The notes under the pieces: model-generated
What the model was told of the DNA's origin: nothing
Seen by the model: the letters and a program-made list of their open reading frames with translations, nothing else
Database searches by the model: none
Shown here: positions 27,434 to 35,270 of the stretch, one piece after another
Layout: the number at the start of each line of letters is the position of its first letter
How positions within the stretch are numbered: the first letter of the stretch is position 1
Assembly (NCBI GenBank): GCA_964549935.1
Contig: CAZJVT010000003.1
Span: forward strand, 159,501 to 223,500
Length of the DNA stretch: 64,000 bases
From: an uncultured Candidatus Saccharibacteria bacterium
Lineage (GTDB): Bacteria; Patescibacteriota; Minisyncoccia; UBA6257; 1-14-0-10-44-23
Direction of reading: 5' to 3'
Position numbers and translations under genes: made by a program

Positions 27434-28068
27434 GGGTCCGTCATTTCTTCCTTGCCGTCGGCGGGCTCGCTGCCATGACCGGTGTCGCGGTGGCCCAGGC
27501 CCCATCGATCCCGATGGCATCGCCACAGGCCGTGACCTCGTTGCCCCAGTCCGGGCCGCAGCCCGGGCCGCTCTCCCTGACGGTGCCGGCGAGCTCTCCG
27601 GGCTCCCTCAACCCCCTGCAGCCTCGTCCCACTCCGCAGGCCATGACGGCCGCGCCGGCCGCGGGCGCCCAGCCCCCGGCAATCGGTGGCCAGGCGCCGC
27701 CTTTCGGACAGACGCTGCCTGCGCCGCCGGCGCTCAACACGCCGGCCCAGGAGGTGAGCTCGAGCGACCTGTCGACGGTCACGATCACCGCGATCATGGA
27801 CGGCGCGGCGGTCCTACGCACCGCCAACAACTCCTACCAGGTCGCGGACAAGGGCATGCTCAGCCACAACGGGCGGCTTTACGGCGTTCGCGTGAAGGAC
27901 GGCGTGGTCACCCTGTTCGACCGCAACCAGCGGCCGGTCTTCGAGGCGACGGTCGGTTCCGGCGTATCGCCCGAACAGCGGTTCTCGTGGACGCGTGCCC
28001 AGTCGTCGTCGGGCAGCGCAACCGGAGCCCCGCCGGCCCCCGCGCCGGCCCCGCTCAAGACGCCCTGA
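27430..28068 (+). CDS. Secreted pilus-assembly accessory protein (Pro/Ala-rich; pilotin or PilP-like?)
   Basis: Signal peptide MRVRHFFLAVGGLAAMTGVAVAQA; ATGA overlap with secretin stop. Confidence 0.6.
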   Translation: MRVRHFFLAVGGLAAMTGVAVAQAPSIPMASPQAVTSLPQSGPQPGPLSLTVPASSPGSLNPLQPRPTPQAMTAAPAAGAQPPAIGGQAPPFGQTLPAPPALNTPAQEVSSSDLSTVTITAIMDGAAVLRTANNSYQVADKGMLSHNGRLYGVRVKDGVVTLFDRNQRPVFEATVGSGVSPEQRFSWTRAQSSSGSATGAPPAPAPAPLKTP

Positions 28069-28070
28069 CC

Positions 28071-29960
28071 ATGCCGGACGACATCCAGCCGACCGAAGGC
28101 CACCAGGCAACCTCCGAACGGCTTGCGCCCGGCCAGCTCGTGGTCTCCGTGACCATGGGGGACGGGACACGGGTCCAGCGGACCGTCATCGGCGGCGAGG
28201 ACCGGACAGTCCATGCCAGGCCGGCGGAACCGGCCAAGGTCAAGCCATCGCAGCTCGCCGTGGCGACGAAGCAGCAGCGGGTCCTTCATGCCGCCGGCGT
28301 CGACAAGGCGATCACCGAGATCCTGATCTCGATGGGCTTCCTGCCGCCGTCCCAGGCGGAGGCCGGATCGGGCCTGTCGAGGCGGAAGCAGGATCCGGGC
28401 GACCTGGTGAGCCTCCGGCTCCAGCAGAACCTTGGCATGAAGATCATGGGCGTCGAACGCGACGTCATATCGGTCGCCCTGACGAAGGCGGCGGACGACT
28501 TCAAGCGGCAGTTGCTCCTCCTCGAAGCCAGGCGTGCCGGCATCGAGGCGAGCCGGATCGAGATCCTTCCGATCGACCGCATGTCGGCGATCGCGCTGCT
28601 CGGCCAGACCCGCGTCGTGCATCGGGACGTGATCGAGAAGCGGATCCAGCGCCTCACCCGCGATCCGGGAGAGGGCTCCCTGCTGCAGCTCATCATCCAG
28701 GAGATCTTCTCCTACGCGGTGCAGATCGATGCCTCGGACATTTCGGTCAAGGTCGAGCCGAGGCATCTGGAGCAGTCGAACGTCGCCTTTCGCGTCGACG
28801 GCACGATGCAGTACGAGTTCTTCCTTCACCCCGACGTCGCCAAGCCGCTCGCGACCAGGCTGAAGGCGATGGCGAACATCGACTTTTCCGACCGCTCGCG
28901 CCCTCACGACAACCGCATCACCCTGCAGGTGGCCGGCCGCGACATCGACGTCCGCGTCGGCGTCGTCCCCACCGATCCAGGGGAGCTCATCACGATGCGC
29001 CTCCTGGACCCCAGGAAGGTTCTCCATATCGGTGATCTGTTCGGATCGATGCCGGCAACCGTCGCCTATATCCGGAGCTTCAATTCCCAGCCGACGAAGT
29101 CGGGCGGCGTCCTGCTGCTTTCGGGCCCCACGGGCTCAGGCAAGACGACGACCCAGAACGCCATCCTCCTCGACGTCGATCGCACCAAGAAAAAGGTCGT
29201 CACGATCGAGAATCCGGTCGAGTACACGATCCCGATGGCGCATCAGATCCAGGTTCAGACCGACGACCAGTGGGCCGAGGCGATGCGCGCCGTTCTTCGC
29301 CACGATCCCGACGTGATCGCGCTCGGCGAGATGCGCGATCGCCGGACGGCCGAGGCATGCAACTCCATGGCCGAGTCCGGGCACAAGGTCACCGTTACCG
29401 TTCATGCCGACGACGGCCCGCAGACGATCAACCGCTTCGCGGACTTCTTCGACGAGAGCAATCGCAAGCATCAGCTGAGCACTCTCGGCTCGCACATCTT
29501 CGGCGTCGTGAACCAGCGGCTTCTCTCGGCGGTGTGCCCTCATTGCTCGAGCAGCGTCGAGGTAGGCGACGAGGGAGCGCACACCACCCGCGAGATCCAG
29601 ATCGCGACGGAGATCCTCAGGATCCCGTCCCGGATGCAGGTGCGCCGGCCGAACCTCGAGGGCTGCGGCCACTGCAACCATACCGGCTACTTCCGGCGGG
29701 TGCTCTCCGTCGAGCAGATCTTCATCCCGCGCGATCATGGCGTCCGGCGCCAGGTGGTCGAGCGCCTGACCGGCGACCTCGTCCATGAGATCGTGGACAT
29801 CGAAGGGGTCTATTTCAGGAGCCACTCGGACCGGATCGTGGAGCTCCTGCAGCAGGGCTACCTCGACCTTTCGATCGCCGCCGGCGTGGTGGAGGCCACG
29901 GGATACGGCTACCGCCGACGAGGGGAGGCGGCCATCGACGTCCGCCAGATTCTCGTATGA
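28071..29960 (+). CDS. GspE/PilB-family pilus assembly ATPase (BfpD/PilQ(R64)/TcpT-like)
   Basis: Walker A GPTGSGKTT. Tetracysteine CPHC ... CGHC zinc motif. Start ATG 28071 just after stop of upstream gene. Confidence 0.9.
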   Translation: MPDDIQPTEGHQATSERLAPGQLVVSVTMGDGTRVQRTVIGGEDRTVHARPAEPAKVKPSQLAVATKQQRVLHAAGVDKAITEILISMGFLPPSQAEAGSGLSRRKQDPGDLVSLRLQQNLGMKIMGVERDVISVALTKAADDFKRQLLLLEARRAGIEASRIEILPIDRMSAIALLGQTRVVHRDVIEKRIQRLTRDPGEGSLLQLIIQEIFSYAVQIDASDISVKVEPRHLEQSNVAFRVDGTMQYEFFLHPDVAKPLATRLKAMANIDFSDRSRPHDNRITLQVAGRDIDVRVGVVPTDPGELITMRLLDPRKVLHIGDLFGSMPATVAYIRSFNSQPTKSGGVLLLSGPTGSGKTTTQNAILLDVDRTKKKVVTIENPVEYTIPMAHQIQVQTDDQWAEAMRAVLRHDPDVIALGEMRDRRTAEACNSMAESGHKVTVTVHADDGPQTINRFADFFDESNRKHQLSTLGSHIFGVVNQRLLSAVCPHCSSSVEVGDEGAHTTREIQIATEILRIPSRMQVRRPNLEGCGHCNHTGYFRRVLSVEQIFIPRDHGVRRQVVERLTGDLVHEIVDIEGVYFRSHSDRIVELLQQGYLDLSIAAGVVEATGYGYRRRGEAAIDVRQILV

Positions 29961-31186
29961 GCAGGTTCTGGCGAACCTCCTTCATGACTGCCGACCGGCC
30001 GGGCATGCCTGCTCGGCGCCTGGAGAAGGAGTTCTTTCTCCCCGACCAGGGTTCGGTACGCCTCGCGGTCGAGCAGATCGGCGGCCGGGTGATCTCCATC
30101 CGGGAGCGGCGCCTTCGGTGGTGGGACGGCGAGATCTTCACCAAGAGCTATCGGCTTCGGTTCCTCCGGACCCTCGGCTTCTTCGTCACCTCGAATTCGC
30201 CCGGCGTCGCCCTGGTGCGAGTCATCGAGACCGAGGAGGACATGCGAAAGCGCGCTCACCTGAACTCGGCCATCGAAGTGATCAACCGAGGCGGGGACTT
30301 CACCCAGGCGGTCCGCTCCATCAAGCTGTTCGACCGCTCGGTGATCGCAATCCTCGAGGCCGGGGAAAGGGTAGGGCGCCTCAGGGAAGCCATCGCCGCC
30401 GCCACCAGCCATGTCGAGAAGCGCGGCAAGAGCCTGAAGATGGTCATGTCTGCGATGGCCTGGTTCTGGATCGACGTCATCTCGACTGTTGCGACCGTGT
30501 TCGAGGTTCATTTCCACGCTCTTCCCTGGATCCGGGAAAACGCCTTCGACGGCGTCAGCGCCGCGAAGAAGGCCGAGATCATGGCTGCCCTCGACCGCGC
30601 GCAGGCGATCAACCTCGGTTTCATGGGGGTGGTCGCGGCCGTCGGCGTCCTGGCGCTTGCGGTCCTGTGGTCGACCTTCCTCGGTCGCGGGCGCGACGAC
30701 AGCGGAAAGCGCAACGTGATGAGCCTGATCCCAGGTCTCAGCACGATGGTCGTTTCCGCCGGCATCGCCGAGACCTTCTCGATCGTCTCACGGATGGTGG
30801 CTGGCTCCGCGCCCTTCTCGGAAGCGGTACGTGCCGCGGAACAGGCGACGATCGTCGGCAGCGTCTCCGGGTTCTGGAAGCGCGTCGGCGAGATGATCGG
30901 GAACGGCTGGGGCATCGACAAGGCGATGGCCAGGCATCCGCTGAGCCATGCCGAACGGATGGAGATCTCCGGCCACCGCAACCTGAGCCAGCTCGTCGAC
31001 GTGATGTCCTCCATCGCCGAGACCCGGGAGCAGACGGCCGAGCGTTACCTCAAGATGATCTCGAGCCTGTCCATCCTGGGGGTCCTGCTGTTCGGAGCCG
31101 GGGTCACCCTCAACGTCCTCTACGTCGTGTGGGTCCAGAACGAAGGCTTCACCAGCTCGATGCAGTCGATCATGGGCGGCGGCTGA
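29957..31186 (+). CDS. GspF/PilC-family inner-membrane platform protein (BfpE/PilR(R64)/TcpE-like)
   Basis: ~409 aa polytopic. Duplicated T2SS-F-like halves. ATGA overlap with ATPase. Confidence 0.85.
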   Translation: MSRFWRTSFMTADRPGMPARRLEKEFFLPDQGSVRLAVEQIGGRVISIRERRLRWWDGEIFTKSYRLRFLRTLGFFVTSNSPGVALVRVIETEEDMRKRAHLNSAIEVINRGGDFTQAVRSIKLFDRSVIAILEAGERVGRLREAIAAATSHVEKRGKSLKMVMSAMAWFWIDVISTVATVFEVHFHALPWIRENAFDGVSAAKKAEIMAALDRAQAINLGFMGVVAAVGVLALAVLWSTFLGRGRDDSGKRNVMSLIPGLSTMVVSAGIAETFSIVSRMVAGSAPFSEAVRAAEQATIVGSVSGFWKRVGEMIGNGWGIDKAMARHPLSHAERMEISGHRNLSQLVDVMSSIAETREQTAERYLKMISSLSILGVLLFGAGVTLNVLYVVWVQNEGFTSSMQSIMGGG

Positions 31187-31277
31187 AGCGGGGTAATCCC
31201 GATTTCCTCGGCATATGGGCCTGCCGGCGCCGAATGTTTCTTTGTATAAGCAGGTGCAAACAGTATAATAGACCGCC

Positions 31278-32132
31278 ATGGCCAGACCGCCCGACAGCTT
31301 CACCCCGGATTCGATCGTCATCGGACACGTACCCCTGGGTGCGGGCTCGGAAGCCCGGGATGCCGCCTACTGGGAGGCGCAGAGGGCCCTGGACGAGGAA
31401 GCGCTCCATCTCCTGCTGGTCGAAGGCCAGGACGAGGTCCGTTTCATGGCGGCGCCCAGTAGGGATTTCGTCGGCGCGCCCTTCGGGGCCACCTCGATCC
31501 TGGCCGCGGCCTTTCCCGGTCATCCAGGGCATGTCGGCGACGGCGCCTATCTCGCGGACGCGCCGACCGGCGTCGCCTGTATCGTCTGCAAGCATGGCGA
31601 GCTTCTTCTTTTCGTGGGCGATCGGAATGCCGTGGAGGCGTTCGCCAGGCATAACGAAGCCGACATCGTAGAGCCGTCGAGCGGTGCCGGACCGGCCTGG
31701 GAAGGCTTCCGCATCGGGTCGCTCCGACGTCATGGCCGGATGGCGATGACCGCGCTTCTTGCCGCCGCCGCCGTCAGTATCGTCATGGCCGTGGTCTGGG
31801 TGGCATCGGCGCTGACCCTTTCCGGATCGGCCGAGGTCGAGGCGCAGATCAGGTCCACCGCGGATGCGGGCATGCGCGCCGCCGCCCAGGAGCTGACCAA
31901 GGCCGTACGCCAGCCCCTGGCCGACGACCTTTCATACTTCCAGCAGATCGCCGCGATCACCGCCGGGACGGGTGGCTGGATCAAGGAATTCAAGATCACG
32001 AACGGCCAGGCCACCTGGTCGGCCGAGTTCCCTATGTGGGTGACCGCCGATCAGCTCCAGGCTCTCGGCCGCAACCTGAAGACCCGGGCCGACGACGCCA
32101 AGGGTGTCGTGATCGTCGAGGGATCGCGCTGA
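31278..32132 (+). CDS. Bitopic inner-membrane pilus biogenesis protein (BfpC/PilM-like candidate)
   Basis: Central TM ALLAAAAVSIVMAVVWVASAL; operon context. Confidence 0.6.
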   Translation: MARPPDSFTPDSIVIGHVPLGAGSEARDAAYWEAQRALDEEALHLLLVEGQDEVRFMAAPSRDFVGAPFGATSILAAAFPGHPGHVGDGAYLADAPTGVACIVCKHGELLLFVGDRNAVEAFARHNEADIVEPSSGAGPAWEGFRIGSLRRHGRMAMTALLAAAAVSIVMAVVWVASALTLSGSAEVEAQIRSTADAGMRAAAQELTKAVRQPLADDLSYFQQIAAITAGTGGWIKEFKITNGQATWSAEFPMWVTADQLQALGRNLKTRADDAKGVVIVEGSR

Positions 32133-32254
32133 TGTCCATGAACCCGAGGACAGTTATCAATGCCGGCAGGGTCGCGGCCGCGATCAGTGTCGCGATGGCG
32201 ACGGTGTGGCTGATCTACCTACTGAAATTGCTGGTCAAGAGCGCCCCGCTATGA
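32132..32254 (+). CDS. 40-aa single-TM peptide (pilus operon small subunit)
   Basis: ATGA overlaps at both ends (32130-32134 and 32251-32254). Confidence 0.4.
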   Translation: MSMNPRTVINAGRVAAAISVAMATVWLIYLLKLLVKSAPL

Positions 32255-32742
32255 ATCCTCTCGTCCGCATCCGGTCCGCTCTCGTCCGCTTCCTGGACGG
32301 TCTCGACGAAACCCGCGGGACGGCCCTTGTCTCCCTCGCTTGGGTCGTCGCCCTGGTCTTTACCGTGGGCGCCGGCTGGCAGGTCCTCGAAGTACGCCGG
32401 ACCTCCGAGCAGATGAAGGTCCTCCAGGTCGGCGCTACCGTGAAGCTGGCTGTGGGCGAGGCTCCGGTCACGGCCGAGGAGATGGGCCGGGTCGCGGCGC
32501 AGGTGAAGCTCATGCATCCCTCGCTGAACGTCGCTTCGGACCCTGAGGGGATCCGCATCACGGCACAGGGGGAAGAGCGCTTCTTCGATTTCCGCTACGC
32601 GATCGCCACCGCGATGAACGCCCTTCCGGACGCCCGATGGAAAGCCCAGACGCTCATGCTCTGCGGCGGAGCGGGATGCCAGGGCTCCAACTACCTCGGC
32701 GTCCTCAAGGCGACCCGCGTGAAGGTGAACGTCACGGGGTAG
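32251..32742 (+). CDS. Bitopic membrane pilus-assembly protein (PilN/PilO/BfpL-like candidate)
   Basis: N-terminal TM ALVSLAWVVALVFTVGAGW; C-terminal Cys pair. Confidence 0.55.
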   Translation: MNPLVRIRSALVRFLDGLDETRGTALVSLAWVVALVFTVGAGWQVLEVRRTSEQMKVLQVGATVKLAVGEAPVTAEEMGRVAAQVKLMHPSLNVASDPEGIRITAQGEERFFDFRYAIATAMNALPDARWKAQTLMLCGGAGCQGSNYLGVLKATRVKVNVTG

Positions 32743-32784
32743 ACGGCACCTCCGACGGCAGTGGCGGGCCCTGCATCGCCGCGC

Positions 32785-32811
32785 TTGAACAGAGGCCGAC
32801 AGGCTTATACT
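32785..32811 (+). promoter_or_regulatory. Possible internal promoter (TTGAAC ... TATACT) ahead of the major pilin gene
   Basis: Read directly; spacer about 15 nt (suboptimal). Confidence 0.3.
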
Positions 32812-32835
32812 ATGGTCAACCAGGAGAATGAACCC

Positions 32836-33570
32836 ATGCGTGCCCAGATGACGAACCTCCTTTCCGGTCTCGGCGTTGCCGGTTTGCCGATCAGGTCCGT
32901 GTCGGCCCGGACTTCCGCGAATGCCGGCTTCGGCACCTCCGCGGTCCTCCTCGTCGTCGTTCTCATCGCAGCGATCGGCGCCTTCTTCGCCTACTCGACC
33001 CGCGGCAGCAACGTGACCTCCGCCCAGTCGACGAATTCCATCGGGGCGACCACGATCATCGACCAGGGCACCCAGATGCGCTCCGGCTTCGAGCGCATGC
33101 TGGCGAACGGCTCGGCCGCGAGCCAGGTGACCTTCGACACGGCGGCGACTACCGGCCTGTTCAATCCGACGACCGGTGGCACGGGCGACCAGCCGCCGCC
33201 GCAGCGGAACCTGACGGACGAGGCGATCGCGGGCTCGGCCCCCTTCGCGGCGGCCGTCACGACCTACAGCTACAAGACGGGCGTGACCGGTCCCGCGAAC
33301 GTCGGCACCGCTGCCGGCCTCAAGTACGGCGTGTTCCTCCCGGGCGTGAAGCTGGCCGTCTGCCAGGCGATCAACAACCAGCTCTACTCGGATTCGCTGA
33401 GCGCGACGCCGGTGGCGAGCGGTCTTGCCGTCACGGCCTTCGTCGGCGGCGCGGCTGTCGACCTGACCGCCGGCGCCATGGCCGCCGGCCTCAGCCAGCG
33501 CTCCGAGGGCTGCATCGGCACCACCAGCGCCAACCAGTACGTCTACTACAAGGTCATGTACGTGCAGTAA
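32836..33570 (+). CDS. Type IVb major prepilin (long leader, about 30 aa, ending ...SANAG|FGTSAVLLVVVLIAAIGAFFAY; C-terminal Cys pair)
   Basis: SD AGGAGA 9 nt upstream of ATG 32836. Hydrophobic alpha1-N after G|F. C...C disulfide region LAVCQ ... EGCIG. Confidence 0.7.
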   Translation: MRAQMTNLLSGLGVAGLPIRSVSARTSANAGFGTSAVLLVVVLIAAIGAFFAYSTRGSNVTSAQSTNSIGATTIIDQGTQMRSGFERMLANGSAASQVTFDTAATTGLFNPTTGGTGDQPPPQRNLTDEAIAGSAPFAAAVTTYSYKTGVTGPANVGTAAGLKYGVFLPGVKLAVCQAINNQLYSDSLSATPVASGLAVTAFVGGAAVDLTAGAMAAGLSQRSEGCIGTTSANQYVYYKVMYVQ

Positions 33571-33572
33571 CG

Positions 33573-34076
33573 ATGGGCTGGATCAGCGCACTCATCGCCG
33601 CGATCGTCCTGAGCGGCGTCGTCGCCGCCTCCCAGGCGCGGAGCGGATCGACGGCCGCGAAGGTCCAGCGCATCGACACGGCTGTCGCCTCGCTCAATGC
33701 GCAGGCGAACATGACCCGTCAGGTGCTGACGCAATGCGCGCTCGACTATCCGTCGGGCGACAACGGCACCGGCTTCACCATCGCCTACCCGGCAGCGACG
33801 GCCGCAACGGCGCTCACCGGGCTGCAGTGCCCGGGGGCGCCTGCCGGCTTCAAGGACTTCTGGGGTGGCCGCAACGGCGTTTTCGAACCCGTGGCGCCAT
33901 CGGGCTTCGGCGCCTGGACCTACCTGAACAATGCCACCGGCGTCAGCCTGACGATCACGGCGGCGAGCGCCGATGCGGCTCTCGTCGCCGCCATGGACCG
34001 GGTGGCAGCGGCTTATTCGGCCACCGAGGCCACCCGCAGCGGGCTTTCACTCACCGTCTGGATCATCCGGCTATGA
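33573..34076 (+). CDS. Minor pilin-like protein
   Basis: N-terminal hydrophobic helix MGWISALIAAIVLSGVVAAS; Cys pair. Confidence 0.55.
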   Translation: MGWISALIAAIVLSGVVAASQARSGSTAAKVQRIDTAVASLNAQANMTRQVLTQCALDYPSGDNGTGFTIAYPAATAATALTGLQCPGAPAGFKDFWGGRNGVFEPVAPSGFGAWTYLNNATGVSLTITAASADAALVAAMDRVAAAYSATEATRSGLSLTVWIIRL

Positions 34077-34732
34077 GCAACGCGCGCAATCGCCAGGGCG
34101 GTTTCGCCCAGACCATCGCCATCGTCGCGATCGGCCTCGCGGCCGCCATCGGTCTTTCGGCTTCCTTCGCCTTCCGTCAGGCCAACGCCACCTCGCGCGG
34201 CCTCCAGAAGGAGCAGGTGAGGGGAGACCTCAGCCAGCTCGCCAAGCAGCTGGCGCTGATGTCGACGCCGGATTCTTCCGGGATCCTGACCGCCCCGGCC
34301 TTCGTCACGCCGACCTCGGGGACGCCGCCGACGAACGGCGGCAAGCTCCCGTCTTCCATCGCGACACGCACGACGACGCCCCAGGGAACCCCGTTCGGCT
34401 ACTGCCCGGTCAAGCTCGGCGATACCGCGGGCGCGGGGAACCGGATCGCCACCGGCGGAACGCCGGGTAGCTCGACGATCCTGTTCGCCCTGATCTCTCC
34501 CGGCGCCGACAGGGTCTTCCAGACCACATGCCCCGATGCGATCGCCGGCACCAGCTTAGGCGACGACGCGATCTTTCGAGCCCGCCACAGCGACGTGCAG
34601 CGCGTGGTCTACGAGGCGGCTGCCGACCGGCTGGGCCATAGCAGCTTCCAGGCCGCGGAGATGCGTTGCGCCGTCGACGGCAAGCTTTTCCAGCCATTCG
34701 CCACGGGCAAGGACGCCCGCGGCTGCAAATAG
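34073..34732 (+). CDS. Minor pilin-like protein (class III signal-like QGG|FAQTIAIVAIGLAAAIG)
   Basis: ATGA overlap with upstream pilin. G|FA motif shared with 32836 and 35271 genes. Confidence 0.6.
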   Translation: MSNARNRQGGFAQTIAIVAIGLAAAIGLSASFAFRQANATSRGLQKEQVRGDLSQLAKQLALMSTPDSSGILTAPAFVTPTSGTPPTNGGKLPSSIATRTTTPQGTPFGYCPVKLGDTAGAGNRIATGGTPGSSTILFALISPGADRVFQTTCPDAIAGTSLGDDAIFRARHSDVQRVVYEAAADRLGHSSFQAAEMRCAVDGKLFQPFATGKDARGCK

Positions 34733-34741
34733 GACCAGCAG

Positions 34742-35212
34742 ATGACCAATCGCATTCCCGTGAAGATCTCGCTCTCGCCCGAATACGACCGCTCCTGGGG
34801 CCCGCCGGGCTACGCCAAGCCCGGCGACGCTGGGTTCGATCTCCGCGCCCTCATCAAGGCGCCGATCGAGATCCGCGCCGAAGAGCAGCACCTGATCCCG
34901 ACCGGCCTCCGCATCGCCGTGCCGCCGGGGTTCGAGCTGCAGGTCCGGCCGCGGTCGGGCCTGGCGCTCAAGCACGGCCTGACGATCGTCAACTCGCCGG
35001 GCACGGTCGATTCCGGCTATCGCGGCGAGGTCGTCATCATCGCCTATCGCCTCAAGGGGCTCGGCGACGACAGCAAGCTCGTCGTCAAGCCAGGCGACCG
35101 CATCGCCCAGGGCGTCATCGCGCCGGTCTACCAGGCCGACTTCGATGTTGTCGACGAGCTCGACGAGACCGAGCGCGGGAGCAGCGGCTTCGGCTCCAGC
35201 GGCAGCAACTGA
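34742..35212 (+). CDS. dut: dUTP diphosphatase (trimeric dUTPase) embedded in the pilus operon
   Basis: All five dUTPase motifs present: GDAGFDL, RPRSGLALKHG, GTVDSGYRGEV, GDRIAQG, RGSSGFGSSG. 10-nt gap to upstream pilin gene, 59 nt to downstream pilin gene. Confidence 0.9.
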   Translation: MTNRIPVKISLSPEYDRSWGPPGYAKPGDAGFDLRALIKAPIEIRAEEQHLIPTGLRIAVPPGFELQVRPRSGLALKHGLTIVNSPGTVDSGYRGEVVIIAYRLKGLGDDSKLVVKPGDRIAQGVIAPVYQADFDVVDELDETERGSSGFGSSGSN

Positions 35213-35270
35213 TCCTTCGACCGGAAGCGCGGCCGGCATGGGTGCCGCGATCATGCAGAAGAGGTGTGCG

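Noticed and set aside
27995-29035. 346-aa Arg/Pro/His-rich + ORF and similar ORFs 35264..36463 and 26719..28068 (5' part)
   Set aside because: Alternative frames of the ATPase/adhesin genes with GC-frame artefact composition.
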